Part shown: piece by piece, positions 25,200 to 39,989 of the stretch | How the letters are laid out: every line of letters starts with the position of its first letter | Numbering within the stretch: the stretch's first letter is position 1 | Source of the DNA: Bilabrum cf. latius | Lineage: Eukaryota | Direction of reading: 5' to 3' | NCBI GenBank assembly: GCA_965178125.1 | Contig: OZ237762.1 | Location: 744,001 to 808,000, forward strand | DNA: 64,000 nt | Made by a program: the position numbers and the translations under genes | Notes under the pieces: model-generated | What the model was told of the DNA's origin: nothing | Database searches by the model: none | Seen by the model: only the letters and a program-made list of their open reading frames with translations

Positions 25200-28100
25200 T
25201 CACGCCTCCCCAAGCTGCATTTTCGAGAGCTCGGCCAGAAGCGCTTGCTGCGCCCTTGGGGTTGCTTCCCAGACGGCGGGGGGCAGCACCCGGACCGCCT
25301 GCCAGGCAGCCCGCACAGGAAGAGCGAGCCGCTCCGGCGCGCCCCAGTATGCGTACGTCGTGAACAGAAGCGCCGCAGCGAGCATCGCCGAGGACGTAAT
25401 CAGAATGAGCCGAAACCCATCTGTATTTACAGCGAGCGCCTCCCGCGCGTACCGGCCACTGCTTCTCTCTAGCGCCACTCTGACATGAGGATTCACGATC
25501 TGAAGCATCTCGTGCACCTTCAGAATGAAGATCTCAGGCTGGGACAGCATGACGAGCGACGAGCGCCTCTCTAGGTCGGGGTTTGGCAGGCTCAGGCGAA
25601 TGGAGCGCTGCAGCCGGACGATCTGAATGGCTGCGTTCCTGATCCCATGCCTCAAGATCTGGCCACCCACCACGCTGCACTCGTCATACAGGTCCGAACC
25701 GTGGCACCCGTCGTCCAGCATGATCCGCCTCGCTACTTCGTCCTCCACAGGACCTAGCTGATTCTCCAGGCCGGTGGACTCGTCCACGAACGTCTCCCCC
25801 AGAACGATCCTCTCACTGGTCTGCAGGATCCTTTCCTCCACGATCTGCATCTCACTGATCAGCCGAGCCCTTGTTGAATTGCGGCTGGCGTATACAAAAT
25901 CGCCAGCCAAGAGGGTAGTCCTCACGAGGTCGCTCGCTAATCGCTGGGAAGACACCAGCCTCTCGTTGGCAGCGATCACGCGGTTAAGCATATCTGCGAA
26001 AAGGCTCACCCGCACGATCACCCAGGCGAACATGAGCATAACCGGGATAGAGAACAGTATAGTCTGCACCGGAACGAAGGACCATGTGTCGCTAAACCGG
26101 CGCTGGCCTTCCTTCTTGCCCCGATTGTGGCGAGACCTCTGACGGTTCGACCGCAGGATGCCCTGCCTCTGCTTGGAAGACCCGCGGTTGGGCTTGTCCG
26201 CTGGGGCGCTCATTGAAGGGGCCAGTATCTGAGAGGTTGGCTCGCGCCCGGAATCGCCGTCGTGTCGCCCTTCTCCGCCCTGCTCGATTTCATCCGTTGC
26301 CTGGACGCCAGGGCAGCTCGAGTCACTCGAAGTCTTCGGCTCGGAGCGTTCTGGGCCCGTCACACGGTCGTGCGACCCGGCTGCAGGCACGTCTGCTTCT
26401 GCTGTGGAGTCGCTGTCAGTGCCAGTGTTTTCGCACGGGTCGTCGTGGACAGCATCCTGCCCGACCGCCGCATCTTGCCCGGATTGCTCGCGCGATTCCG
26501 CAGCTACGCTGAGAGCAGGCGTGCCCAGTTCGTCGTTGTTTTCGTCATACGGCGCCACGGTGGAGTCGTGCGCTGATCGACCGCCCGAGGACGCCTCTCG
26601 TGGATGAACAGAGGAGCCATGCGAAGCAGAGCGACGCCCCCGGCCCCTACCTCTCTCTCGATGGGACTATGCTTGCTTCCTCCCCTTGCTTTCAGACCCC
26701 GCATCGTCGAATCCCTCTTCGTCGAGGATGTCCTGCAGGTCGTCGTCATCATCCTCCTCCATGTCGTCTAGCTGGTTCGCAAGCTTGGTGAGTCGCCTTA
26801 GGGTCCTTGCCTTGACCTTCTTCGCGGTCCCTGACGGCACCATGAACACGATCTGAGCCACCCGGACCGTCTTCTCTCGGATAGAGTTCAGCGCTCGGTA
26901 GATCAGGACCAGGAACACTCCGAGGGAAATGGACAACAGGGCGGCATAGATCGCAGCAAAGGTCGCGAGTGATTGGTTGAACGAGTCCACAACGTCGAGT
27001 TGCCGCAGGGACATGCTCTGATTCATCGCGCGCATGTACTCCTCCCGGTTGTTTGAGATCGCATCAGAGGATGGGGAGCCAAAGTCCATGGTGGCAGTGT
27101 CGTTGGTAGCAGCAACCTGCAGCATGACGCTGCTAAGGAATGTGCCCATCTCTTGCAAGGAAGCGTTGAATTCCCTATCCTGGCCATTCGTAGCTGAAGG
27201 CTCGACCAGTGTCCACTGCCTGACTCTAGCGTCCTCTCCGGCGCGGTCGCTGTACAGGCCTCCGTCTGCACCCAGCATCTCGCGCAGTCGCTGTTCATGC
27301 CGGTTCGAATTCACGATGAAGTATTCAAACTCGGCACGTAGTCGCGCGGCGCCGGGGAACGGAAGGATGCCCCCTTGCTCAGCCGCGACGTTCCTGTAGA
27401 TGGAGTCGCACGTCTGGAACGCGAGGAACTGGTCGGTGGACGCAAACACCAACGAAATGGTCTGGTCGAGTGCCATTCGCATAACCTCACCGATAGGCAT
27501 GGAGGCGATCCCGGCCAGCAGGGCAACTAGGATGGTTACCATGAACGTGCACTTGACGGCGTGCACGTGCCGCTCTGCTACCGTAGCACCGTGCCGTACG
27601 GCCTTGGATAGTCGGCTCAAGAGCTTCTCTTTCTCAGAGGACTGCGATGAATCGCCGTCCTACTTGTCAGACTCTTGCTCAGCTAGCTGCCTGTTTGTGC
27701 CCGCCCCGTGCGCCTCATCTAAGCCCGCATGCATGCCAGCAGTGGCGCTGCTGGCAGACGGCCCTGTGCTGTAGGTGGCTAGTGCGTGCGGCTTGGATGC
27801 CTTCACAAAGCCAGAGGGCGGCCTCATCCTCGACAGGGTATTCATTGACCCATGTCCATGCCCGTGCCCGTACGTACCCTGCTGCACCCTGCCCACGAAG
27901 CTGCCCCGACGGTGACCCACGCGCTGTGCGGGTCGGCGAATGCTGCTTGTGGGCTGTTGCATGGGATGGACAGGGCTTGCCGCGCTGAGGATACCAGGCT
28001 GCTGGTCCGACGGCTGGTCCCTAACAGGGATGGCTACATCAGGTTCGTCACCTTGGCTGCTGATGTCCTGAACCCCATCATTCGACTGGCTTGGGGTAGC

Positions 28101-31100
28101 GCTCGCATCATCTTCTACTCGGTTGGCAAGGAGGACTTGCTCTTGCAAGGCCTCCCTCTCCACCTGGCTCGGCATCCTCCATCGCAGCATGAAACACGAC
28201 CGACCCACCTGCTCAGACACGTCCTGCACCGAGCCGAGCACCAGGTCGGTCTTATCAGCCGCATTCTGCACCGGGATGAGCGCCGTCTCGTAAACACGTA
28301 TAAGTGGCTTGGGCCTCAAGTTCCGTGGAAGCTTCGGCATGCGCACCTACTGCCGTGTACTGTCATCGCCCTGCTCGCTTGCCCACTGGATGCCGCGCTT
28401 CGTTCCGAGCTCCTTGGCCTGGGCACCAGTAGGTGTCGTGCGAGACTTGTCGACGTTTTCCATCCAGGATCCTTTCCTTCCAATGGTAGATTCTCTCAAC
28501 AAGGCTGGCATCTCATCGCTACCGTCACGCCTCTTCCCCCCGCCCGGCCGGAGGGCCCGAATCCGTTTCACGAGCTCGACGCAATGCCTCACTGACACTG
28601 ATTCTTGCATTCCAGAAGTGGCTTCAACATTCAGGATACCCTCGAGGATAGGGGCGTCCCAACGGCCCGCACGGAGGCCGACGGAGTCGGCAGTTGGGAA
28701 GTAGCGACTTAAGGGCAGCGGCTCCCGCTGCAGCTGCTCGCTGTCCGTGCCCAGAAGCAGCATCGACCGAGCGCTCGCTGACAGCACCTTGTACCCCTGG
28801 TCCCGACCTGAGAAAAAGATCACGTGCTCGTCACAACGAAGCACATCGATGCCCACAGACAGACGAGGCGCAGATGTGGCCTCATCGGGAGTCGACTCGA
28901 GCAGAGAAATGATCACGGGCAAAGCCGACCCAGATGATGGCAGCACGAACGACACCTCCGTCTCATTCAGAGCATCCGAAAAGCCGCACCGCTGCAGCCG
29001 ATGCAGTCGCTGGTTATAGATGCCCCGCACAGGCTCAGGCAGCAGCGTCTGGAACGACAGGCCCGTGATCTGGCTCGTGTTGGCAAAACCAAACACACGA
29101 CACGTCGACGGGGAGGCCGACAGGATCTCGCCCACGCTCCCATCGGCCACGCTCAGCGTCAGGTTGGCGGCGTTGTCGTCCAGCAGGTCCACCTGAGGGG
29201 CCTCCGACCCAAGCACCACGTGCCGCACGGCCTTGGCCCGCTGCCGCGTGTGTCTCTCCTCCAGCCGGTCCGCCTTGTTGAACAGCTCCATGGCCGTCAA
29301 CGGGTCGTTCATCATCTCCACCAGGAACTCCGCATACCCACGCGCCACCAGCGCGCCTTGGTTCAGACGCATCATGGTCCGGTACAGCTCGTCCGTCTTC
29401 TTCAGGTCAGTCTCGATCTCCTGCCCCACGCCCACCACCGTGGCCAGCTCCAGCTTGTGCCCAGCCAGATGGTCCCACAGCTTGAGGATGCTGCGCATGG
29501 CCGCCACCTTGCTCTCCTGCGCCTGCCGCGACAGCGACTCGAAGATCACCCGGTCCAGTGCCGACAGCTTGCTCGAGTCCGCGCCTTCCCGCAGCTCCCG
29601 AGTGCGCCCGTACACGTACGCCTCCAGGTCCAGAGACGGAGACCGCAGCCGGGCCTGGGCCAGGGCCTGCGCCTCGGCGAAGTTGTTCTCGAAGCAGAAC
29701 TGGTGGTAGAACTCCGCCGCCAGCACGTGCGCCATGGCCGTCTGTCCGAAGTGAGCCACCATCTGCCGGTAGGCCCGCTCTGCCGTGTACAGCCTGTGCT
29801 CGTCCTCCCTGTGCCTGCGGGTGGCGTACTTCATGTTGGCCAGCCTCCATCCGAAGAATGTGGACTGGTCGATGCTGGCGATGTCCTCCTCTGGCAACAG
29901 TAGACTCTGCATCACATCGTCCTCATGCCCGTCCTCCCCATCGGCCCCGGCCTGCTTGGAGAAGTGGTTTGCCTGAGCGTCGAGCCGAGCCATGCTGCCC
30001 GCATCGGTGCGCACGGTAGGCGCGTATGCCACGGTACCGGCCCCGTCCAGCATGCCCCCGTACTTGCCGCCATCCTGCACAGACCCGCGGGCGGGGCCGG
30101 GATCCGAGGACTTGCCGCCGGAGCTGCCTCCCGCCACAGACGCTGCTCCTCCACCTCCACCAGCGGTTGGCAGCTCCTGCAGATACTCAGCCGCATCCGC
30201 TTGCTGATCTCCGCCCCGCATGCTGCCCATGGTGGCGTTGTCCGCTATGCGCCCATACTCCGCATCCTCATCATCGTGCCCAGCGTCCCGCCCGATGCGG
30301 CCCCCGTACCTGGGCCTGCGACGGATCGGCACGGTGTGCTGCCCCTTGCGGGACTGCTCCACAGACGACCCCCGCGACTCCACCACGCGCGAGTACTCCT
30401 GCATGCGGTGCCGCGCCCACACGTCCAGATGCACAAGGCTCTCGCACGCCTCCAGGGGAAGAGCAGCGATGAACTGCTCGTGCATGTAGCACGCCAAGAA
30501 GCCACCGCAGTACGCCAGCACAGACCCAAGGTACAGCAGCAGCGACTGGTCCCCGGTGTCCGTGTAGCGGGCCAGCGCCAGCACCAGCGTGCTCCACAGG
30601 AACACGCACGCGAACCCTGCCTGCATCGCATTCATGCCCGGGTGCACGAACGGCAGGTACCGCACGGCCATCCCCAGCCAGGCGGCCCCGGCGAGGAGCA
30701 GCAGGACGACGAGGACCCACGAGTCGAGGACGAAGTCCCTGAAGACGCTGTAGCAGAGCACGAGGGCGACCTTGACGAGGAGCATGGCGGCGTCCATCTG
30801 GCCGTGGCTCTTGGCGCTCCACGACTTGCTCGCGGGGTTGCGATCAACTCGAACAGCGACGAAAAAGGTGAGCAGCGCGTGGTACAGGACGAACACGTGC
30901 GCCATTCCAACTCGAACAGCAACTACAGCTGGATCCGTGCATTGCATGTTGGTTTGTAACCACTTTGCCGGTGTAGCTGCTGTTTCATGGTTTGAGCAAT
31001 GAATCGCGTACGCTGAAATTGTCGCGATCGGCAGCATGAGTACGGACACGGCCAGGCGACCCAGCTGTCGGGCCAACAGAGAAAATATCTCCTGTGACGA

Positions 31101-31612
31101 ACTGAAAGTATCTCTACCAAAAGCTGCGTTACCATAAAACTAGCAAAAATGATACAATGATGGTGTGTTGACGGCTGAGAGCGAGACCAACATGGAGATT
31201 CCGCTTCGGCCTTACCGGAAGAAAAGCATACAGCCAATAATATTAGCATCCATGCAATCGAAATGGGAAGCAATACATAGAATGCTTCGATAGCAGAGCT
31301 ACTGGTAAAGTAACCCCCAGAAATAAAGCTGAGGACAGTCCCCGCCCAATTCGCCGAAGTTGTGTCCCACTCGGACCCTGAGTAGTAGGGTACTGCAAAT
31401 GATAGCACTTGCAGGCTCTGAAGTATATACGTGAGAATAAATTCAAACTTGACTACTTTCGTGTCCTTTGCAAGCTCAAACGCAAATTTTCGCAGAGCAA
31501 GATGCGAAGACTGCATCCAGCCTACGGACCCAAGGTTCGAGTCTTCGAGGTTCACAGGCAACGGGTAGCCACTTCGCGCCCCAACGGCTTGAAACTGTTC
31601 ATGCACGCCCAT
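25200..31612 (-). CDS. TmcB/TmcC-like multi-TM/TPR/PAS protein, paralog D (about 2,100 aa)
   Basis: ATG at 31612, intron at about 31124-31215. ORFs 28347..31076, 27660..28346, 26667..27620 and 25200..26558 are in one frame separated by TAG. Ends at TGA. Confidence 0.8.
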
Positions 31613-32346
31613 AAATAAACCCGCCGTGACTAGAGGGCGGTATTCTGTAGAGCCACGTCTCCTTAAACGATCTTGAAAAAACCGGAATCTGGAAGAACAT
31701 TGTGTACTGCTAGTAGCTGCACAAAAGGCTGGCCGTTGGGGGATTCCAGAATACAGGTCGAGCTTTTGGCAAGGTCGCCGAGTACAAATATGAATTATGC
31801 CACGTTTGAATTGACTTGCTTTAGGTCAAAATCCCAAACACTAGCGATAGGGCGCAAGATGCAATCCGGAGAATCTTTATGCCATGTAAACGAGATAATT
31901 GTCACTGTGTTGCCAATTATATGCTGTTAATTTTATGCTATAAGGAAGTGCCGTACACTTTAATTATTGATGGGCCCCATGGTGAAAAAGGCCAGGCCAC
32001 CACAACCTCATCCCGCTTACAGTCCAAGATTGTTCATATTCCTAGGACAATGCTGCTGTCCAGGAGACTAGATCCATTACTGGTTACTCAGCATACAAGC
32101 TTAGATGTATTAACTGAAGAAACATGCATGGCTTTGGCGAAATAATGCGACCAAACTTGTGGCGAGCCAGTCGCAACATGTCTCCAATGAGACGGCGCGT
32201 CCAGGCAGGGAAGCGCGTCCAGGCAGGGAAGGCTTAGAACCCATGTTTCTATTTTGATATGAGTACAGTTCAGAATGGTGGAGTACCCAATTTGGCCGCC
32301 CAGCAGGAGCCACCAAAACCACAAGAGATTGATCGTCACCAAGCTG

Positions 32347-33472
32347 TTGGTGAGGCCAGCAAGGTCTCTGAGATTGAAGTCGCGCGGTGGGCGCAGGACC
32401 CGCTCGAGGTGCAGGAGCAGATGCGACGTAGCGATGCGACGTAGCGATGCGGAGGAGAGAGAGAGAAGTATAGGCTAGAGATACAGACCAGGAGCGGCGG
32501 CGACGCGGGGTGGGCGACGGATGGAAAGGGGGGGTGGTGTGGGTGGAGCAGAGAGAGAGGGCGAGGGGTGGGATGGGGGGGGGGCAAAGTAGAGAGGAGA
32601 GGGCCGCGGTTCAGCAAGTAGGGAGGAAGTAGTGGAGGATAAGATGAGTGGTGGGTCATCGGGTTGATACGGCGGATAGGAAGGGGGAGGCACAGGCCGG
32701 GGAAGTGGGGGTTTGGGCATGTGTGTGACGAGTGACTCGGATCAGGGGGATCGGATTACCCAACCCCATGCGGACGTGGAAGTTGAGAGGTCACAATTAG
32801 ACTCGAGCGGCAATCAAGCCGCGTGCTATTCGGGCGCTGAGGGGCAGCGATCGCCAGTTTTTGTTTGTTTTTAAGCGACGGGGAGCAGAGATGAGCCGGC
32901 GAACGAGGCGGGCGCAGGCGGACAGGGTGTGGAGAAGAAGAGGGAGACACCGGCACAGGCGACGATGGTGCGGTGTCGATGGGAGAACACAACGGGAGGA
33001 AGGGAGCTCCAGGTGCCGGAAGACGTGAGTGGCAGCGGGCTGCTTGGCCAGCAGCGCGCAGAGGGCTAACAGGCGGGTGGATAGGCGGGGTGCACGGCAG
33101 GCCGGCCAGCGCGTGCAAGCTGAGAGGATAGGGTGAAGGTGGCGATGTTGGGAGCAAAGCACACGGTCCCTAGGGCGGGGAACAGGAACAGGAAGCCATG
33201 TGGCGACGAGGCCAGTTGACATGCATTGTGAAAGCAGTGTATAAATTCGTAGTGTCAGAGGAATACCGCATTCAGGTGGGCTGGTGAAGAACCAGTCGTT
33301 CGGGTTGAAGCCCAATGGGTCCGCGGGACCGGGGGGAGGAATTTACCCTTTAAGTAACTGCCAACCAGTGGGGATTGCAGCAGCCGTGAAGATGAACCAA
33401 TAGGTGTGGCCAAAGGAAGAAATCTGATCTGTAGTCTAGGGTCAAGAGAAGTTGCTGCGGATCAGAGGAGCC
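32347..33472 (+). repeat. 'A' repeat (to about 32870) plus an adjoining G-rich block
   Basis: The 'A' part matches 41637-42313. The whole block is duplicated at 7720-9653. Confidence 0.7.
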
Positions 33473-33761
33473 ATGGCGTGCCCAACCACTGCAGTGCAGT
33501 GACATCGAGTTGTCCCGCTGTGTCATGTTCGTGGGAGCGAATGCGAGGATGGGCAATTTATGTTGCCAACGGGTACTGAGCTTCTGCCACAACGCCCCAT
33601 CACATGAGGCTTCTGTGGTGTGGTTCCAGTGCGACCAACGTTGAATTGATGATGAAGATATAAAGTAACTGTGGTTGCAAACGCCGACACGAACAATAGA
33701 CTATCATAGCAAACAATACCGACAGCGCAAACAAGTGTATGAGTTGATTAAAACCACGCAT

Positions 33762-36700
33762 ATGGCAGCGCATGGAGACAGCAATGATATATATACTGAG
33801 GCCAATCGCTCCTCGCTATACTTCGGATAGCTGGGGTTGAACACTCTAGTACATCGATTGGCCTCAACATATTTTCGCCATTCCGGGATCGCTATAATTT
33901 AGTTAATACTTGAAGGGGTTTAGCTTGCAGCATTCCCTTTCACTGCGATTCCAGACGAATGGAGAGCGGCACGCAGCTTGCGCGTCATTTCCGTACTCTC
34001 TGGACCGATAGCCCAATACGATGGCTACTCCAGTACAACAATCGCTTTAGCTATCGTCTCCCTAGTATTTGCTTGCATTTTTATATCTGCAGCATGCTTG
34101 ATTGGTGAGATGGCATGCCGTAAGCACAGGATGCGCAGCTATTCACACATGCTTGCAGCGGTATAAACTATATTTTGAGTTTCTCTCTTTGCAGCATTTT
34201 CATCATCTCATAAACCGAGATACATGGAGCTTCTCCTGCCAGCCGTCAGGGTTGCATGCCTGGTGGCTGTGACAATCGCGGTGGTTCCAATGGCGAGCTT
34301 GATGAGTGCGACAATTTCCTGTTCAGGGACAGGGTCATGGCTGTCCACCGGTGCTCCGTGCAAAAATGCAGCGGTTGTATTAGCGAGAATTCTTGCCGCA
34401 CTGCTCCTGTTGGTATACAACGGCCTGCTCGTCTTCGTGGCCGCTACCTACGTCGACCGCAACCCCGCGAGCAAGTCGTGGAGCGCCAAGAGCCACGGCC
34501 AGATGGACGCCGCCATGCTCCTCGTCAAGGTCGCCCTCGTGCTCTGCTACAGCGTCTTCAGGGACTTCGTCCTCGACTCGTGGGTCCTCGTCGTCCTGCT
34601 GCTCCTCGCCGGGGCCGCCTGGCTGGGGATGGCCGTGCGGTACCTGCCGTTCGTGCACCCGGGCATGAATGCGATGCAGGCTGGCTTCGCGTGCGTGTTC
34701 CTGTGGAGCACGCTGGTGCTGGCGCTGGCCCGCTACACGGACACCGGGGACCAGTCGCTGCTGCTGTACCTTGGGTCTGTGCTGGCGTACTGCGGTGGCT
34801 TCTTGGCGTGCTACATGCACGAGCAGTTCATCGCTGCTCTTCCCCTGGAGGCGTGCGAGAGCCTTGTGCATCTGGACGTGTGGGCGCGGCACCGCATGCA
34901 GGAGTACTCGCGCGTGGTGGAGTCGCGGGGGTCGTCTGTGGAGCAGTCCCGCAAGGGGCAGCACACCGTGCCGATCCGCCGCAGGCCCAGGTACGGGGGC
35001 CGCATCGGGCGGGACGCTGGGAACGATGATGAGGATGCGGAGTATGGGCGTATAGCGGACAACGCCACCATGGGCAGCATGCGGGGCGGAGATCAGCAAG
35101 CGGATGCGGCTGAGTATCTGCAGGAGCTGCCAACCGCTAGTGGAGGTGGAGGAGCAGCGTCTATGGCGGGAGGCAGCTCCGGCGGCAAGTCGTCGGATCC
35201 CGGCCCCGCCCGCGGGTCTGTGCAGGATGGCGGCAAGTACGGGGGCATGCTGGACGGGGCCGGCACTGTGGCATACGCGCCTACCGTGCGCACCGATGCG
35301 GGCAGCATGGCTCGGCTCGACGCTCAGACGAACCACTTCTCCAAGCAGGCCGGGGCCGATGGGGAGGACGGGCACGAGGACGATGTGATGCAGAGCCTGC
35401 TGTCGCCCGAGGAGGACATCGCCAGCATCGACCAGTCCTCATTCTTCGGATGGAGGCTGGCCAACATGAAGTACGCCACCCGCAGGCACAGGGAGGACGA
35501 GCACAGGCTGTACACGGCAGAGCGGGCCTACCGGCAGATGGTGGCTCACTTCGGACAGACGGCCATGGCGCACGTGCTGGCAGCGGAGTTCTACCACCAG
35601 TTCTGCTTCGAGAACAACTTCGCCGAGGCGCAGGCCCTGGCCCAGGCCCGGCTGCGGTCTCCGTCTCTGGACCTGGAGGCGTACGTGTACGGGCGCACTC
35701 GGGAGCTGCGGGAAGGCGCGGACTCGAGCAAGCTGTCGGCACTGGACCGCGTGATCTTCGAGTCGCTGTCGCGGCAGGCGCAGGAGAGCAAGGTGGCGGC
35801 CATGCGCAGCATCCTCAAGCTGTGGGACCATCTGGCTGGGCACAAGCTGGAGCTGGCCACGGTGGTGGGCGTGGGGCAGGAGATCGAGACTGGCCTGAAG
35901 AAGACGGACGAGCTGTACCGGACCATGATGCGTCTGAATCAAGGCGCGCTGGTGGCGCGTGGGTATGCGGAGTTCCTGGTGGAGCTGGTGAACGACCCGT
36001 TGACGGCCATGGAGCTGTTCAACAAGGCGGACCGGCTGGAGGAGAGACACACGCGGCAGCGGGCCAAGGCCGTGCGGCATGTGGTGCTTGGGTCGGAGGC
36101 CCCTCAGGTGGACCTGCTGGACGACAATGCCGCCAACCTGACGCTGAGCGTGGCCGATGGGAGCGTGGGCGAGATCCTGTCGGCCTCGCCGTCGACGTGC
36201 CGTGTGTTTGGCTTTGCCAACACGAGCCAGATCACGGGCCTGTCGTTCCAGACGCTGCTGCCTGAGCCTGTGCGGGGAATCTACAACCAGCGACTGCATC
36301 GGCTGCAGCGGTGTGGCTTTTCGGATGCTCTGAATGAGACGGAGGTATCGTTCGTGCTGCCATCGTCTGGTTCGGCTTTGCCTGTGATCATTTCTCTGCT
36401 CGAATCGACGCCCGATGAGGCCACGTCTGCGCCTCGGCTGTCTGTGGGCATCGATGTGCTTCGATGTGACGAGCACGTGATCTTTTTCTCAGGTCGGGAC
36501 CAGGGGTACAAGGTGCTGTCAGCGAGCGCTCGGTCGATGCTGCTTTTGGGGACGGACAGCGAGCAGCTGCAGCGGGAGCCGCTGCCAGTGACTCGATTCT
36601 TCCCAACTGTTGAACACGGCAGGTTGCGGCCCCGTACCTGGGACTCGACGATTATGGCTTCCCTCTTAGGGGGACAGTACGAGTCTTCACACCGTAGTAC

Positions 36701-39677
36701 AGCCGGTGCGTAGATTGCTGGGAAGCTCGTTGTCGCTGGTAGGCGGGCTCGTGCCAGCCTGAGACTCGAGAAGCAGGGGTCCTTCATTCGAGAACGGGGC
36801 GACAGCTCGGACTCTGGAAGCTGTGTCGATTCAAGCGTGGTCTCGCAGGGAACAGATGCGCAGGGCCGTGAGAAAGGTACCGGGGTGCAGATTGCTACAA
36901 GGGAGTCTGGCTGCGTTGGCGCCAAAACAGTACACAAGTCCTTTACAGCTGGCCCTGTAAGGAGAGCTCACGGACGACACGGATTGCCGGCCAGTCTGTA
37001 GCCCAAGCCGCTGCTGCAAGTGTATGAGACGGCTCTCATCCTGGTGCAGAATGCGGCTGACAAGACCGACCTGGTGCTTGGCTCGGTGCAGGACGTGTCT
37101 GATCAGGTGGGTCGGTCGTGTTTCATGCTGCGATGGAGGATGCCGAGCCAGGTGGAGAGGGAGGCCATGCGGGAGCAGGTCACTGCGTCCTCTGGCCGTG
37201 ACAGCTCACCTGATAGTCCTACGAATCCAACGGCGAGTGCATCACCTTCTCACCAGCTTACAAGCGGAAGGAGGTCCAGTTTCGTGGACAGAGTCCAGGA
37301 GGCTCGCGCTGCCAGCTTCTAGATCCGCCCAGCAAGGAACGACACCCCTAGCGATGCGCGGTATGCTAGCAGTGGGACCGCAAGTGCTGGAACGGGCGGC
37401 CCTCAGACTGCCCAGACCGGGTATGCTCTCCATCTTGAAACCTCTCGCCATGGGCATGGAGAAGACGCAGCATACGCGCCGAGTCACGGGGCACAACTGG
37501 AGCTTCAGTCCGGCGGCCGACCGCCCACGAATGACGGTGCCTCTCGCAGCTCCGGTGCTAGTTAGAGCAATAGAATGCGCAAAAGTATCATTGAGGCGAT
37601 TCGATACGGGGCAGATGGCAGCAATTCCCAGGTAGGTAGAATCAAGTGCGCGTTCGGGGTTGGTGTGTTCATTGCTTTGTTCGGGGGTTGCATGTCGATG
37701 GCCGTAGGCTATTTGCTTGGGACCTTGCTCGACGAGATGAACCAGAGGCTCTTTCAGACCACTGACCAGGCAATGGCATTTGTGCACGCCGAGTAGATCC
37801 TATGGAGCGTAGCATCAGTGCAGGACGGGGCACCTGTCGGCAATACCTCGGACTTTCCGGAGTATGTTGCAGAGCTGATTGATGCAACTGACAGGCACGA
37901 GGCAAGACATGCTAGGCTCCTGCAGGTGCGCTCGCTGCTAGCCACGAACCTTGCTAGTGAGGATGCGCAGGTCAGGCAGTGGAGGGTGAAGGAGCCGTCT
38001 GCTTCAGCATCTGGTGATATGCGTGAGTACGATGCTTCTCTGCAAGAGCTGGGAACCTACATGAGCAGCGTGATGCTTCAAATTGCGGAGGCAAATGACT
38101 CGGCTGTGATTGTGACGAGATCTCCGCAGTGGCAAGCGGTGTAGGTCAACCGGGAGGAGTACGTGATGGCACTCAATCGGAGCATATCTCTGAGGCAGCT
38201 GGACGCCGCGGACTACCTTTCATTCGCTCAGACTACTTTCTCCATTGCTGGCGCACTCATTTTCGCGGTTGTTGCTGGTAGCACTACCTATTTGATTTAC
38301 GACGCACTTGCGAAAATCCGCAATACTGCAACGAACGTGACTCAAGCCGTCTTCATGGTATCGTCCTCTACGGCCCACAAGCTCAAGAAGAGAACCACCA
38401 GCAAGCTCACCAAGCTGGCGAACCAGTTGGAGGAGTACGATGAGGATGATGATGACGAGCGTATGGATCTGCTTGATGATGAAGAGGAAGAGGAGGCACA
38501 GGCAGCTTTCTTGTCGCCCGGCCGTGGTGGTCACTAGGAGGCGGCACCCAGTCGAGGCGCCCGCCAGGCAGTGCGGCTCGTTGCAGAGCAACGGCCATCG
38601 TCTCCGCACAGCGAGTCCAATCCGTACAGCTCCAGCAATGGAACCATCACATCATCCAACTCTAATGGAAGGTAGACCCGGGCGAGTCGAGCATAGCAGC
38701 GCCACAGTTCTCGTCGCTTGGCCCACTCATCTCGCGTGCGGCACTACCACGACTCCTGGTCCTTCACCTGGACGAACTCGCTATTCATGTTCGCACCTAT
38801 ACTGCTAGGATTCTACTGGGTGCCCTTCACACTCAATATTGCCAACTGGATGGCATCAGGCGCGATTAGCTCAAACGAGCGACTTGTCACATCACAGAGG
38901 CTGGCAATTGACGTGGTGCAGCTGCAGCGCATGGCAAGCGATCTCGTTTTGGCTTCTTCCAACAAAACTAGGGCAGTTCGTGTGGAATAGCTCCGCCAAA
39001 TCGAGAGTAGGATCCTGCAGACCAGTGAGAGGATCGTTCTGGGGGAAACGTTCGTGGACGAGTCCACCGGCCTGGAGAATCAGCTGGGTCCTGTGGAAGA
39101 TGAAGTAGCGAGGCGGCTGTTGCTCACGAATGGCTGCTCCAGTCGCACACGTGACTACGACGAGTGCTTTCAGGCAGATGGTGGAAGCTTGAGAAGTGGT
39201 ATTCGGAACGCACTCGTGAGACTGGTACGCCAGTCCAGGCAGCTGCGCCTGAGTGCGCCTGTCCCCGACTTGGAGCCGGGTGTGTCTCAATTCATGCAGG
39301 ACCGACCAGAGTCATTTGTTGGCGTACTTGTTGGCATGCGTGAGGCCGTGCATCCATTTACGCGCGAGGGGCTGGAGGAGGCTAGCACAAGATATGCAAA
39401 CCAGTCCCGTCGAGCGCTGCTGTACCCTCTTGATGTGGCATACGTCGTGATTGGGATCGTGACGGTGCTCTTTATATGCCTGTTCTCGTACGTGTACTGG
39501 GGTGTACCGGACTCGTTCGTGGCTCCAATCCGCGGGGCTTGGCAGGTTGTCGCCATGATTCCACAAGCAGCCCTGTAGCGCACTCCGGGTTTGCAGACTC
39601 GTGTTGCAGAGTAGCTGGGGCTGGTTGCTGTGGCAGGGACGCAAGGATCCGCGTCAGGGGGCCTAGGGGCCGATTGA
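33762..39677 (+). CDS. TmcB/TmcC-like multi-TM/TPR/PAS protein, paralog F (about 1,940 aa)
   Basis: ATG at 33762, intron 34105-34194. ORFs starting at 34224, 37020, 37575, 37818, 38163, 38718 and 39054 share one frame. I counted about 15 in-frame TAG and no TAA or TGA until TGA 39677. Confidence 0.8.
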
Positions 39678-39989
39678 CCTGAGGGACAGAGCCTTTGATT
39701 CGTACCCCAGTGTTGGATCGGGCCGATGACAGGTAGTTCGTCGAGTAAAATAAAATCAGCAACAGACATGTCAGAAAATCGGGGTCAATGTCCTATTAAA
39801 TTGTGTCCTATTGGCCGCATTTTTGCTCAAACTGTGTCCTATTGTTTTTGAACAGAAAATTTAGTTTTATAGTGGTATTAATCGAAAAAATGGGCCCTGC
39901 GGGGCTGTACAATGCAAAGGCCCGACACATCGCGAGTCAATACGCACCCGTGACACGGTGCGCAGTGCGACGCGGCCCACTCAGGCACG

